Positions 54,063 through 63,899 of a DNA stretch of 64,000 bases are shown here, in pieces; the stretch's first letter is position 1; the number at the start of each line of letters is the position of its first letter. The position numbers were made by a program, and so were the translations under genes. The notes under the pieces are model-generated. The model was not told where the DNA came from. It made no database searches and worked only from the letters and a program-made list of their open reading frames with translations. The DNA comes from Candidatus Daviesbacteria bacterium (GTDB lineage Bacteria; Patescibacteriota; Microgenomatia; Daviesbacterales; UBA10151): NCBI GenBank assembly GCA_016184225.1, contig JACPDA010000004.1, positions 602,763 through 666,762 of the forward strand, given 5' to 3'.

Positions 54063-54908
54063 TTATATCATGGGTGAAGCCAATAAGTTTGCTCCATCTG
54101 TAGGACCCCACCTACTCCTAATCTTCATCAGATTACCTCCCTTACAAAGCTCATAAGTCCTATAACCTAGTTCCTCTAGTAAGGATAGACAATCCTCAGT
54201 TTTCTGACCATCTTTTCTTCCGAAATTACCCGCCTCAAAAATAACCTCTACTTTATGACGTTTTAAAGTCTGAACTGATCCGGCAAGAATTGCCCGTTCG
54301 GAATTTTCCGCATCAATCTTAACTATATTGGGAACAATTCCTGTCTCAGATACAAACTGATCCAGTGTAGTCGTCTGGACTTGGACTTGCCGACTCCTAG
54401 GAGACCTATGCCAACGGGGATTTCCCAAAGTATTTATATCTGAATGTTTCCAACCAAAATCTCGCATTTGGACAACCCCGACAGAATCTGACAATGCTAT
54501 CTGCTGCGGCTCAGTATTCCAGCGCCGGCTATTCACCTCCAGGATTTGAAATGTAGCCGGGCTAGGTTCGAAAGAAATAACTCTTCCCTTATCACCGACT
54601 GCCTCTTTCAAAAAGGCAGTTTTTATCCCGAAGTGGGCACCGACATCAAAAGCCACCATACCCGGAGCAACAGTCTGATAAATATAATCCGTAATCTCCG
54701 GATCAAAATCTCCTTTTAAATAAGCCCAAGCTGCCACCGGAGACGGTAGAACCATTCTAGCCTGATAGCCATTATTAAGCACTATCTCTTTTTCAACAGG
54801 TAGGTTCAGGACGTAACGCAAAAGAATTTCTGCAACCTTTACAGGTTGTCTGGTCATTTCTTCCCACAAAACTTGTCTAAATCTAACTATTGGTTCAACT
54901 TCCGACAT
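54063..54908 (-). CDS. FkbM-family methyltransferase
   Basis: FDVGAHFG SAM-binding motif and FkbM-like layout. Confidence 0.5.
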   Translation of the reverse strand: MSEVEPIVRFRQVLWEEMTRQPVKVAEILLRYVLNLPVEKEIVLNNGYQARMVLPSPVAAWAYLKGDFDPEITDYIYQTVAPGMVAFDVGAHFGIKTAFLKEAVGDKGRVISFEPSPATFQILEVNSRRWNTEPQQIALSDSVGVVQMRDFGWKHSDINTLGNPRWHRSPRSRQVQVQTTTLDQFVSETGIVPNIVKIDAENSERAILAGSVQTLKRHKVEVIFEAGNFGRKDGQKTEDCLSLLEELGYRTYELCKGGNLMKIRSRWGPTDGANLLASPMI

Positions 54909-54970
54909 TTAGCCCTTTCCAATAGATATATTATACCTTATAGTCTTATCAAAGAGCAAGTCATTCTTTA

Positions 54971-55046
54971 TGGTGGGCAGTGAGGGATTCGGACCCCCGA
55001 CATCTACAGTGTAAATGTAGCGCTCTACCAACTGAGCTAACTGCCC
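54971..55046 (-). tRNA. tRNA-Val (anticodon TAC), CCA encoded
   Basis: Acceptor GGGCAGT/ACTGCCC, D-stem GCTC/GAGC, anticodon stem CTACA/TGTAG with loop TTTACAC. Confidence 0.85.
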
Positions 55047-55229
55047 GCTTGCTAATTATATACTCTCTTTGCTCTCATAGCGAGAACTTCCAACCCCTGG
55101 TGTTGAATAGCTTCCAACCTCAGGATTTTCCAATAGGACATACTCTTACTCCTACTCCAAAAAACAGCCGATCATAATCTTCAGATTCAGTTTGCTCAGT
55201 TTCCGACTAAGTGGTAAAATTGAGCCGCG

Positions 55230-56681
55230 ATGGAGAATGAACCATCTGTCATCCGTCCCAATAAAATTAATTGGCCGGACCACGTCACACCCCAACATCT
55301 ATTAAGAATGGTGGAACTCTGCAATCTCAAAAACACCCGGGTGGTGGTGGCCGACGAGATCGAAACGGAAGGGTTGGTTTTACGAGGTGCAATTGAACAA
55401 AGATTTGGCAGCCAAGATTATCAGTTGCCGATGGTTAATGCCTATGCGCGGATTGGACAAGAGATCCGTCATGCCGATGATGGTTTGAGGGTTTGGCAAA
55501 GAGAACTGGGACGGGGAAATTTTATTCCTATCAATACCACAAGACAAAGATATCTCCGTTTACTCCTCAATGATCCTAAAGGTTTTGAATTTTTAAAGAG
55601 ATCCATTCTGGAAAAAAGTGATAACGGAGAACTTTCGCTTTCCGAAATTGAAGGTTTTGCCGCCGGCGCCCGCAGGTACTGTCAATTTTATGAGGTTTTA
55701 ATTGCTGCCGGGGTTAAGCCAAAGGAGTTAGAAGAAAGAAGATTTTACCCGCAAATAGCCGGCGGGGCAAGGCCGCTTTTGCATCGCCGTGAGGATATCC
55801 CGAAGGAAGGAGAATATACCGTAGTTGAAGAAATCGTTAAAGACGGAATTTTGGTAGACGAACGTGGTTATTATCATGTTTTTTGGGGTAAAAGTCATTA
55901 TTATTTTCAAGATTTTCAAGCGGTTCTTTACAATCATGATCGGGTAATTGAGAATTTGCAGGGCACCTTAATCACAGTTCAAAATGACGTCCACAGGGTT
56001 TTGGAAATTGAGGGTGAAATTCCTCAGGTGATTCGCTTTGCTCACCGCCTTTCTTTCATTTCGGCCGGCTTGCGTAACGTCAGTTTACATTCTCCGCAAA
56101 CCCGCCGACAGCTTTTAGGAGAATTAAGTCAACTTAAAGACGAGATTGGTCAGGTACGAAATGAGCTTAAAAAGCAAGGCAGGGATAAAATTTTGGCAGC
56201 ACTTGCGTCTGCAAAACCGGAAGCGGCCAGACAACAAGTTCAGCAATCAGCCAGGGATTTTCTGGAGAGAGCCTCTGATGCCGCCGCCAAACTTGAGGGA
56301 GCGGTTCAGAGAGAAGAAATACTTCTTAGAAAGCGGAATAGATGGGAAGAAAGGATTGAAGATAGTTTTCGAATTTTGGGAAACTATTTATGGCAACTTG
56401 AAGAAAGGAAACATCCGACACCCCGGTGGCTTAATAGTTTGAGCTTACAAACTGCCGCCGGGCCGAAAAATATTTTGGCGGACCTGCAGGGGATTCCCGG
56501 TCAACCCTATAAAGGCCGAATGGAACAGCCGGAAATCAGACGTTTAGCGGAAATCCCTGATGTAATTGCAAGAAATGATTTTTTATCCGCTAAAAGAATC
56601 TTAAACGAGGCAATTTTAATGTTGAGCCGCGTTGTAAAAGAAAAAGCCGAAAGAGAGCGCGCGGCAGAAAATACCTCTTAA
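55230..56681 (+). CDS. hypothetical 483-aa protein, compositionally GC-richer than its surroundings
   Basis: Long ORF with no recognisable motif and a coiled-coil-like C-terminal third. Lies next to tRNA-Val. Confidence 0.4.
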   Translation: MENEPSVIRPNKINWPDHVTPQHLLRMVELCNLKNTRVVVADEIETEGLVLRGAIEQRFGSQDYQLPMVNAYARIGQEIRHADDGLRVWQRELGRGNFIPINTTRQRYLRLLLNDPKGFEFLKRSILEKSDNGELSLSEIEGFAAGARRYCQFYEVLIAAGVKPKELEERRFYPQIAGGARPLLHRREDIPKEGEYTVVEEIVKDGILVDERGYYHVFWGKSHYYFQDFQAVLYNHDRVIENLQGTLITVQNDVHRVLEIEGEIPQVIRFAHRLSFISAGLRNVSLHSPQTRRQLLGELSQLKDEIGQVRNELKKQGRDKILAALASAKPEAARQQVQQSARDFLERASDAAAKLEGAVQREEILLRKRNRWEERIEDSFRILGNYLWQLEERKHPTPRWLNSLSLQTAAGPKNILADLQGIPGQPYKGRMEQPEIRRLAEIPDVIARNDFLSAKRILNEAILMLSRVVKEKAERERAAENTS

Positions 56682-56735
56682 TTAGACAGTAATCCTTCTT
56701 GACTTCCAACTTAAAGTATTCTAAATTTAGAGAAT

Positions 56736-56996
56736 ATGGCAAGTAACAGGGAACGGTTAGTTGTTACACCGGGACAGGAACCACAATGTGAGGGATGCCC
56801 GCACAAGCTTAAAGATAGATCTAAAAACGATGGTTATTCTTGTAAAAAAGTCCTTATAACACCATTTGGAGCTGTGCTCTTCAGTCCAAAAATGACTGAG
56901 GATGCCAGCGGCTCACTTGTCTGTAACGGCTACAGACCAAGCTTATCAACACTCATAAATAATTGGGTTGGTAGGGCCTCGAGCCGACTAACCTAG
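56736..56996 (+). CDS. small Cys-containing hypothetical protein
   Basis: 86-aa ORF containing CEGCPHK..C..C. Confidence 0.3.
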   Translation: MASNRERLVVTPGQEPQCEGCPHKLKDRSKNDGYSCKKVLITPFGAVLFSPKMTEDASGSLVCNGYRPSLSTLINNWVGRASSRLT

Positions 56997-57782
56997 CATT
57001 TTTGCCATTAGCTTTACTGTTGATTTGTCTCCAGCAAGGACATCATATTTACGATTATGATCTAAAGCTAAATTTTGTATTCCATTACCCATGCTACTGA
57101 TTACTAATCCTCCAGCCCCGCTTATCAAAGCGTAGATTGCGCCTACCTCTTCACTTTTTATAGCAATTCCACCCATAGCAGCAGCTGAATTTCCCAAAAC
57201 ATAAATCAAAGAAGATACGAGCGCACCTTGATTTTTCACAAAAAGACGGCTCCCGACAGATCTATATTTTTCATACCCTTTAGCATATGTCTCTAAATAT
57301 ACTGGAGTTTTTTGGTCCAGCTCCCAGTTGTTTCTAAGTTGTACTTTGTTGCCATTTTCATCAGTTGTTTGTCCATTGTCAAAAAGATAGAGCCTATTGG
57401 TTGTATATTCTATTGCGCCCGCCGCAACAACATCTTTAAGCCGCGGTTTGGAGCCATGGTAAAATGCAATAAGAGAGCCAAAGGGAAGAAGCCCCTGTCC
57501 AAGTATATAATTATCACTCCCGTCCAGCGGGTCAAAAGTAACCAAGAAGTCGGGTTTTGGATGCGGTTTAACTATTCCAATTTCTTCAGAGTAAACCCAG
57601 ACAGGCAGCTTATTTCTCCTGATATATTCTAAAAAAGCTATTTCAATCTTTACATCCATTTCTATGGTGCGATCCCCTTTGGTATTTGTTGTACCTGTTT
57701 CATTAACCAGAAATGGATTTTTTCTCACGGTTTGGCGTCCAATATTGAGCATTTGAGCTGTATGTTGTGTTAGTTCATGCAT
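56988..57782 (-). CDS. inositol monophosphatase / FBPase-family protein
   Basis: YSEEIG and FDPLDGSDNY metal-binding motifs. Confidence 0.55.
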   Translation of the reverse strand: MHELTQHTAQMLNIGRQTVRKNPFLVNETGTTNTKGDRTIEMDVKIEIAFLEYIRRNKLPVWVYSEEIGIVKPHPKPDFLVTFDPLDGSDNYILGQGLLPFGSLIAFYHGSKPRLKDVVAAGAIEYTTNRLYLFDNGQTTDENGNKVQLRNNWELDQKTPVYLETYAKGYEKYRSVGSRLFVKNQGALVSSLIYVLGNSAAAMGGIAIKSEEVGAIYALISGAGGLVISSMGNGIQNLALDHNRKYDVLAGDKSTVKLMAKMLG

Positions 57783-57794
57783 GCAGTAATTATA

Positions 57795-58580
57795 CTAGGT
57801 TTTGCCTGTACCGCCGAGACTTTGTCCGTAAGAGCCTGCTTTTAAGGCTGCAATACCGCCCTGTTCATTTTCCAAAGTTCTTTTGTATCCTTCTGAACCG
57901 TGATATCTACTTAAAACTTGTTCCCATTGGGCAGTTCGGCCTTTCCTTCTGGCAATATCACCGATCACATCTTCCGCAGCCAGGAAGTTTACTTGTATTA
58001 TAGCGAACCGATCAGTCTCGCTAATAATTTTTTCGTAAAATGCTCGACAGCGGGGTAATCGGATTTCCAGACCAACGAAGGTTGCACTTGTACAGCCAAA
58101 CTGCAAGGCTGTTTCCAGTCCGTTACGAATATCATCCTCGGTAACTCTGCTTTGTTCTATAAGAACTTGCGGTGATTTTACTTGTGACTGCAGCCTGTCA
58201 TTAAAAACCTGCTGCATCACTCTTCCCTCTGAAATTATCGGGTCAGCCGCAGCTTTCTCCAAATATCCTGCCCTGCCTCCGCAATGAACTATTACTTTTG
58301 GTGTTTCACCTCTTGCTTCCAGTTGTTTATACACCTCAGCTGTGGCAGCAGTGGTAAGCATACCTCCACCTACGATGGCACTTTCTGTATCAGAACCAAC
58401 AGGTTCTCTCCTGGCTGTCCTGATAAACCTGCGGAAACCATTTGTGCTTTCTCCTAACTCTTCAACCGTTTGAAGGAGCCTTGTAAGATACCATTTACCG
58501 TTTGCCCCCTGTTCAATGCTGTGACCGAATTGAATCAGGCACTGGGTGGGCGGAATTCTTAAACTTTCGATATGCGCCAT
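57795..58580 (-). CDS. hypothetical protein (DUF218/YdcF-like?)
   Basis: VIVHCGGRAGYL segment. Weak assignment. Confidence 0.3.
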   Translation of the reverse strand: MAHIESLRIPPTQCLIQFGHSIEQGANGKWYLTRLLQTVEELGESTNGFRRFIRTARREPVGSDTESAIVGGGMLTTAATAEVYKQLEARGETPKVIVHCGGRAGYLEKAAADPIISEGRVMQQVFNDRLQSQVKSPQVLIEQSRVTEDDIRNGLETALQFGCTSATFVGLEIRLPRCRAFYEKIISETDRFAIIQVNFLAAEDVIGDIARRKGRTAQWEQVLSRYHGSEGYKRTLENEQGGIAALKAGSYGQSLGGTGKT

Positions 58581-58638
58581 TTCGGCTCAGCATTATACAA
58601 AATATTGTACAGATAGGCAAATCAGTCCTGTTGCAAAG

Positions 58639-58721
58639 TGCGGACGAGAGGAGTTGAACCTCCACACCATTTCTGGCACAGCCACCTCAAGGCTGCGTGT
58701 CTACCATTCCACCACGTCCGC
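58639..58721 (-). tRNA. tRNA-Leu (anticodon GAG)
   Basis: Type II: acceptor GCGGACG/CGTCCGC, anticodon stem CAGCC/GGCTG with loop TTGAGGT, long variable arm. Confidence 0.8.
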
Positions 58722-58723
58722 AT

Positions 58724-58809
58724 TGGTGCCGAAGAGAGGAGTTGAACCTCCACCCCATTGCTGGGACAGCGCTCTGAACGCTGCGTGTCTACCATTCCAC
58801 CACTTCGGC
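58724..58809 (-). tRNA. tRNA-Leu (anticodon CAG), CCA encoded
   Basis: Type II: acceptor GCCGAAG/CTTCGGC, anticodon stem CAGCG/CGCTG with loop TTCAGAG. 2 nt from the neighbouring tRNA-Leu. Confidence 0.8.
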
Positions 58810-58870
58810 TAAAGAACATGCATATTTTAACACCAATTCTCTTTTGCAGGTAGTGTATAATATCCACTAA

Positions 58871-59890
58871 ATGGCAAACGGCAGGAAATATCCATACCAA
58901 CAAAAAATAGTCACCTTTGGTGGCGGAACCGGCCATTTTTCTCTACTCCGCGGCTTAGTTGAGTTAAACCAACCAGAACTGATCAGTGCTATTGTCGGCA
59001 CCTGGGATTCTGGCGGTTCTTCCGGAAGGCTTCGGACAGAACTGGGAGTGTTACCTCCCGGAGATATCAGGCAATGCCTGCTGGCTCTAATGGAGGACCC
59101 AAAACAGCGCCAAGTGGCCCAGAAACTTTTCGACGATAGGCTGGCGGATATTGACGGCCCACTCAAAGGACACAGCCTGGGCAATTTAATCTCAGCCAGA
59201 CTGGAACATATTTATAAAGGCGCAGACAGAGGAGTGGAGGCGGAACGCTTACTTTTTAGGATCAGGGCCAGGGTTTTACCTGTGAGCATATCAGAACTTA
59301 ATCTGATGGCTAAACTGGAAGGCGGGGAAGAGCTGGAAGGTGAAACAAATATCGATCTCCGAGGTGAAAAGAAAGGTTATAATTCTAAAAAGAAAATCAC
59401 CAGAATTTATTTTGAAACAAATGCCGACCCTAATCCGGAAGTCATCCAAGCGGCAGTGACGGCCGAAAAAATAGTTTTCTCCATGGGCGATTTATACACG
59501 AGCGTCCTGCCACATCTTTTGGTAGCAGGAGTGAAAGAGGCAATTGAGGGGTCAAAAGCAAAAGTGATCTTGATCCTAAATTTGATGACCAAAATGGGGG
59601 AAACTGATAATTTTAAAGCTTCTGATTATTTAAAAAGCTTCTCATATTATTTGGGAGACAAAAACAGGATAGATGTGATGATCGCTAATTCCAACGGGCT
59701 GGACAGCGAAATTTTAAAAGTCTATAAAAAGGATAAGCAACAACCGGTAGAAGTAGACCATGCTGAATGTAAAAAAATTGCCCCGGGTATAAAGATCATT
59801 GAAAAACCGCTGGCTGTTTACCATATCCGGGAGCACCTCTTCCGCCATGATCCAGAAGAGCTGGCAAAAACCATCTTGGAACTAAGTTAG
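58871..59890 (+). CDS. YvcK/CofD-family (gluconeogenesis factor, UPF0052) protein
   Basis: IVTFGGGTGHFSLLRGL N-terminal motif and CofD-like fold pattern. Confidence 0.65.
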   Translation: MANGRKYPYQQKIVTFGGGTGHFSLLRGLVELNQPELISAIVGTWDSGGSSGRLRTELGVLPPGDIRQCLLALMEDPKQRQVAQKLFDDRLADIDGPLKGHSLGNLISARLEHIYKGADRGVEAERLLFRIRARVLPVSISELNLMAKLEGGEELEGETNIDLRGEKKGYNSKKKITRIYFETNADPNPEVIQAAVTAEKIVFSMGDLYTSVLPHLLVAGVKEAIEGSKAKVILILNLMTKMGETDNFKASDYLKSFSYYLGDKNRIDVMIANSNGLDSEILKVYKKDKQQPVEVDHAECKKIAPGIKIIEKPLAVYHIREHLFRHDPEELAKTILELS

Positions 59891-59979
59891 CCTCAAACCG
59901 GTTGACTACGTTCAGTTTACATGAACGTAGTTGACAAATTCCGTTTTTTAGTGGTACTGTCATTGCAGAAAAAAAGCAG

Positions 59980-60570
59980 ATGGACACTGTCAATAAACAA
60001 GCCAGTATATGGTTTGTGGCTGCCTGGTTTGCAACAGCCACAACTACCCTAATATTTTCCCTTACCCTCAGCTTTTATCTAGCCAACCCAAAACTCTTAC
60101 AGCCCACTGTCCAAAGCTTTAAGCTATATGCAGCCTTACCTCAAACCGAAAGTTTAATCTCAGATGAAATAAGCCATGCTGACGGAAGGGCTAAAATAAT
60201 TGAGAATTTTTTTAAAACCTACAAGTCTCCCCTTAGCGCTCAAAGCGAAACTTTTATCCTGGTTGCAGACAAATATGAACTGGATTATAGACTGCTTCCC
60301 GCTATTGCTATGCAGGAATCAAACGGAGGCAAAAAGGTGATAAAAAATTCCTACAACCCTTTCGGATATGGAATTTATGGAGAAATGGTTGTTAAATTTA
60401 GTTCATGGGAAGGTGCGATTGAACGGGTAGGCAAGGCTTTAAGGGAAGATTATCTAAATAAGGGTCTAAAAAATCCCACCCAAATGATGGCCAAATACAC
60501 TCCTCCTTCTCTTTCCAAAGGCGGAGCCTGGGCCAAAGGTGTAAACACCTTCATGGAAGAACTGCGCTAG
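59980..60570 (+). CDS. lysozyme-like/SLT-domain protein
   Basis: LLPAIAMQESNGG motif and a signal/TM N-terminus. Tandem paralog follows. Confidence 0.4.
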   Translation: MDTVNKQASIWFVAAWFATATTTLIFSLTLSFYLANPKLLQPTVQSFKLYAALPQTESLISDEISHADGRAKIIENFFKTYKSPLSAQSETFILVADKYELDYRLLPAIAMQESNGGKKVIKNSYNPFGYGIYGEMVVKFSSWEGAIERVGKALREDYLNKGLKNPTQMMAKYTPPSLSKGGAWAKGVNTFMEELR

Positions 60571-60571
60571 T

Positions 60572-61267
60572 TTGACATCGCCTCCTATTTCTGCTATACT
60601 ATCGGGCTTAAGGCCTGTACCCTCTGGTACAGGTTTTTTTATGAAAAAGAAAATTACAATTTTTCTTTTGGTAATCTTGCTGCTAAATTTTCCATCTTTT
60701 TCCCTTACGGAGAAAACCCAAGCAGAAGAGTTGGTAGTGGAAAATTCCCAGTTTAACCTGGTTGAAGCGAAAAAGTTAGACCGCAGGGCAGAAATACTTT
60801 CCAGTTATCTTGCTAAATTTGATTCACCTTTGCAATACCATGCTCAGGATTTTATTGATGCTGCAGAAACTTATCAACTGGACTGGAAAATGCTGCCGGC
60901 AATTGCCGGAGTAGAATCCACCTTTGGAAAACAAATCCCCGGCGGGTATAATGGTTGGGGTTGGGGTGTTTATGGAACCCAGGCTATTTATTTTACCTCC
61001 TGGAGAGATGCCATATTTACCATATCCAAAGGACTGAGGGAAGGCTATTTGGACAAGGGCTTAAATGACCCATATTCCATGAACAGGGTTTATGCCGCTT
61101 CCCCTCATTGGGGAGGAAAGGTAAGCTATTTCATGCAGGATTTGGAAAATTTTGCTGACAAATTTGAACTGAATAAGCAACAAACTACTTCCGTAGGTAA
61201 GGCTCCCAGTATAGCTGCTATTTCAGGCCAGCCCCGATTAGATCGGGGCCAGTTAGCCTTAAGATAA
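60572..61267 (+). CDS. lysozyme-like/SLT-domain protein (paralog)
   Basis: MLPAIAGVESTFG motif. The C-terminal tail contains palindrome copy 5. Confidence 0.4.
   Translation: MTSPPISAILSGLRPVPSGTGFFMKKKITIFLLVILLLNFPSFSLTEKTQAEELVVENSQFNLVEAKKLDRRAEILSSYLAKFDSPLQYHAQDFIDAAETYQLDWKMLPAIAGVESTFGKQIPGGYNGWGWGVYGTQAIYFTSWRDAIFTISKGLREGYLDKGLNDPYSMNRVYAASPHWGGKVSYFMQDLENFADKFELNKQQTTSVGKAPSIAAISGQPRLDRGQLALR
61232..61248. repeat. CCCCGATTAGATCGGGG palindrome, copy 5 (one variant base)
   Basis: In frame in the C-terminal tail (QPRLDRGQ). Flanks CAGCCCCGATTA.ATCGG.GCCAG match copy 2. Confidence 0.65.
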
Positions 61268-61269
61268 GA

Positions 61270-62595
61270 ATGGGGTATAATTTCTCCATGCGTTTACTCT
61301 TTGCAATTCTGTTAGGCAAGTTGATTACCTATCTGACAAGGATTCTCAAAATCGGTGGTGGTTCTGCTGCGCCCGGTTTATATGCCTTAAAAATATACCC
61401 TTCCCTGGTTGAAAAGTTAAGCAAACGTATCCCCAAAAGTGTGGTCATCACCGGCACCAATGGTAAAACCACCACTGCCAAAATGCTGGCCCATTTTGCT
61501 ACAGCTTCCGGATTAAAAGTAATAAGAAACCACACCGGTTCAAACTTGGAAAGGGGAATAGCCTCTACATTGATCCACGGTGTGAGCCTATCCCACCCCT
61601 GGGGTGGGATGAATAGACACCTCGGGATTTGGGAGTTGGATGAAGCGGCTTTTAATGCGGTTGCGCCTAAGCTAAGCCCGGATGTGATTGTCTTTTTGAA
61701 TGTCTTCCGGGACCAGCTGGACCGCTACGGGGAGATCAATACTGTTCTCAAGAACTGGCAGGAAACACTAAAAAAGATCCCTTCCGGCACCAAAGTTTTA
61801 GTAAATGGTGACGATGCTAATATTTTGAGACTGGCCACTAGTTTTAGAGGTAAAGTCCAAAAATTTGGGGTTAAGGATTATAAGATTGTAGGGGAGGGCA
61901 TTGTCCACAAAAAAGAACAAGAAAACCTCGATTTCGAAGCTAAAGATGTCAAATTAGATGGCTTGAACAGTTCCAGTTTTATTCTCCAAACTACCAACTA
62001 CCAACTACCAACTACCTTACCATTACCAGGCATTTACCACATTTATGATTCTCTGGCAGCCTTTGCCTGCGCATTTAATCTGGGGTTACCAGTCAACCAA
62101 TTCACTAATTCTCTGATTCACTATACACCTGCTTTCGGCAGAGTAGAAAAATTAGGCTTTGGGTATATTTTCCTGATCAAAAACCCGGCCGGAGCTACCC
62201 AGGTTTTTGAAACTATAGCCCCCAACTTAAAACCCACTGATACTCTGCTTTTGGCTTTAAATGACAACATAGCAGATGGAACCGACGTATCCTGGATCTG
62301 GGATGCGAATTTTGAAGTACTTCAAAATTCGTCCCGAGCGAAGTCGAGGGACCTCAAATTATATGTTTCAGGCTCAAGAGCCTATGAACTGGCTGCCAGG
62401 CTCAAATATGCCGGTTTTGATCCTAAAAATATTACCGTGGACCCGAACCTTAAAAATGCTTTCAGACAGGCTAGAAGGAATCTAAAAGGGCAGTTATTCA
62501 TCCTGCCTACCTATACAGCTATGCTGGAATTGCAGTCTATTTTAGCCAAATCTGGTATTAAGAAACATTATTGGGAGGAGGAAGATAGAGTCTAG
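61270..62595 (+). CDS. murT: lipid II isoglutaminyl synthase subunit MurT (Mur-ligase-like)
   Basis: VVITGTNGKTTT Mur-ligase P-loop and C-terminal DUF1727-like domain. Immediately followed by gatD. Confidence 0.8.
   Translation: MGYNFSMRLLFAILLGKLITYLTRILKIGGGSAAPGLYALKIYPSLVEKLSKRIPKSVVITGTNGKTTTAKMLAHFATASGLKVIRNHTGSNLERGIASTLIHGVSLSHPWGGMNRHLGIWELDEAAFNAVAPKLSPDVIVFLNVFRDQLDRYGEINTVLKNWQETLKKIPSGTKVLVNGDDANILRLATSFRGKVQKFGVKDYKIVGEGIVHKKEQENLDFEAKDVKLDGLNSSSFILQTTNYQLPTTLPLPGIYHIYDSLAAFACAFNLGLPVNQFTNSLIHYTPAFGRVEKLGFGYIFLIKNPAGATQVFETIAPNLKPTDTLLLALNDNIADGTDVSWIWDANFEVLQNSSRAKSRDLKLYVSGSRAYELAARLKYAGFDPKNITVDPNLKNAFRQARRNLKGQLFILPTYTAMLELQSILAKSGIKKHYWEEEDRV
61991..62018 (+). repeat. CTACCAA heptamer array (3 exact units plus degenerate units), in frame in murT
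   Basis: ctaccaa ctaccaa ctaccaa ctacctt, encoding TTNYQLPTTLP. Confidence 0.65.
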
Positions 62596-62660
62596 TCGCT
62601 AGAATCTAGAGTCTGGAAATTCAAAATCTAGACTCTTGACTCTCGACTCTAGTCACTAAC
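62587..62660 (+). repeat. bipartite heptad-repeat element B (AGAGTCT x4, A-rich spacer, AGACTCT x4), ending at the gatD ATG
   Basis: agagtct agtcgct agaatct agagtct + ggaaattcaaaat + ctagact cttgact ctcgact ctagtca ctaac ATG. The two arms are reverse complements. Confidence 0.65.
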
Positions 62661-63446
62661 ATGAAGCTGACCATTGGCTATCTATATGGGGATTTGATGA
62701 ATATCTACGGAGACACCGGCAATATTATTGCCCTGAAGAAACGGGCCGAGTGGCGGGGAATAGAAGTTGAAATTAAAAATATCTCTATCGGAGATAAGTT
62801 GAAAAAGGGTGAGGTGGATATTTTCTTTTTTGGAGGAGGACAGGACCAAGCTCAGGAGTTGGTATCAGCAGACTTACTTAAATCCGGTAAAGGAAAACTC
62901 ATCAAACAAGAAGTTGAAAGGGGAATGCCGCTGCTGGCTATTTGTGGAGGTTATCAGCTATTGGGCGATTACTACAGACCACATAAGGGACCTAAACTGC
63001 CCGGAATTAGCATGTTTCCGGCCTATACTTTAGCAAGTTTCGACAGGATGATCGGCAATATTGTTATTCAGTCTTCAGCTATCAGCTATCAGCTATCAGA
63101 CAGAAAACAAAAAAAGTCTGACGACCGACGACTGACGACTGACGACTTTCTTGTCGGTTTTGAAAACCATTCCGGAAAAACATACCTTAAAAAGGGTGCA
63201 AATCCTTTAGGTTTGGTTTCCAAGGGCTGGGGGAATAATGGCAAGGACAAAACAGAAGGCTGCATCTATAAAAATGCCATTGGCTGCTATATGCACGGCT
63301 CACTTTTACCCAAAAACCCTAAGCTGGCAGACTGGCTTCTTAAAAAAGCTTTAGAAACAAAATATGGTAAGGAAATTTTACTGGAGCCTTTGGATGATAC
63401 CTTAGAACTCCAAGCTCACGGAGTAGCTGTCAAAAAATTTGGTTAG
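62661..63446 (+). CDS. gatD: glutamine amidotransferase GatD (CobB/CobQ-like, partner of MurT) with about 26-aa insertion
   Basis: YGDLMNIYGDTGN start, catalytic Cys in AICGGYQLLG and His in MHGSLL. The insertion SSAISYQLSDRKQKKSDDRRLTTDDF is encoded by heptad element C. Confidence 0.8.
   Translation: MKLTIGYLYGDLMNIYGDTGNIIALKKRAEWRGIEVEIKNISIGDKLKKGEVDIFFFGGGQDQAQELVSADLLKSGKGKLIKQEVERGMPLLAICGGYQLLGDYYRPHKGPKLPGISMFPAYTLASFDRMIGNIVIQSSAISYQLSDRKQKKSDDRRLTTDDFLVGFENHSGKTYLKKGANPLGLVSKGWGNNGKDKTEGCIYKNAIGCYMHGSLLPKNPKLADWLLKKALETKYGKEILLEPLDDTLELQAHGVAVKKFG
63069..63146 (+). repeat. bipartite heptad-repeat element C (CAGCTAT x4, A-rich spacer, TGACGAC x4), in frame inside gatD
   Basis: cagtcttcagctatcagctatcagctatcagac + agaaaacaaaaaaa + gtctgacgaccgacgactgacgactgacgac. 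Shares tcagtcttcagct with element A. Confidence 0.65.
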
Positions 63447-63469
63447 TTTACCCTGAATTTTTCGAAGGG

Positions 63470-63550
63470 TGCCGGGAAGAGGATTTGAACCTCCATGCCT
63501 TGCGGCACGGCGTCCTAAACGCCGCGTGTATACCATTTCACCATCCCGGC
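63470..63550 (-). tRNA. tRNA-Leu (anticodon TAG)
   Basis: Type II: acceptor GCCGGGA/TCCCGGC, anticodon stem CGGCG/CGCCG with loop TTTAGGA, variable arm TGCCGCAAGGCAT. Confidence 0.8.
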
Positions 63551-63575
63551 CTGTAAGAGTATTTTACCAGTTGAT

Positions 63576-63899
63576 TTGACTTATATCCATAAAGTAGTAG
63601 AATATGCTCGCCTAAATATGAGCAGTCCACAAGACCCAATAACTATACAAAAGGAAATTGTTTCTAACTCCAGTCGCCCATTTTCAGGCGGATATCCAGC
63701 AGAACAAGAACATAATTCTGTTGTGAAGGGGGGAACCTTAACTTTCAATACTCCCAGCCTGTCATCTGTAGCTGCTGCTGATCCATTAACAGGGGCACGA
63801 CGCACTCTACAAAAAGAGGCTGATCAAGCAAGAGTTCCAGGCACTCCAAGCCAGGACGAACTATTTTCCCAGGCTACAGGTAAACCTCTGCAAAAATAG
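63576..63899 (+). CDS. hypothetical protein
   Basis: 107-aa ORF with no recognised family. Confidence 0.3.
   Translation: MTYIHKVVEYARLNMSSPQDPITIQKEIVSNSSRPFSGGYPAEQEHNSVVKGGTLTFNTPSLSSVAAADPLTGARRTLQKEADQARVPGTPSQDELFSQATGKPLQK

Noticed and set aside
54980-55177. ORF 54980..55177 (65 aa)
   Set aside because: Overlaps tRNA-Val. No Shine-Dalgarno or motif.
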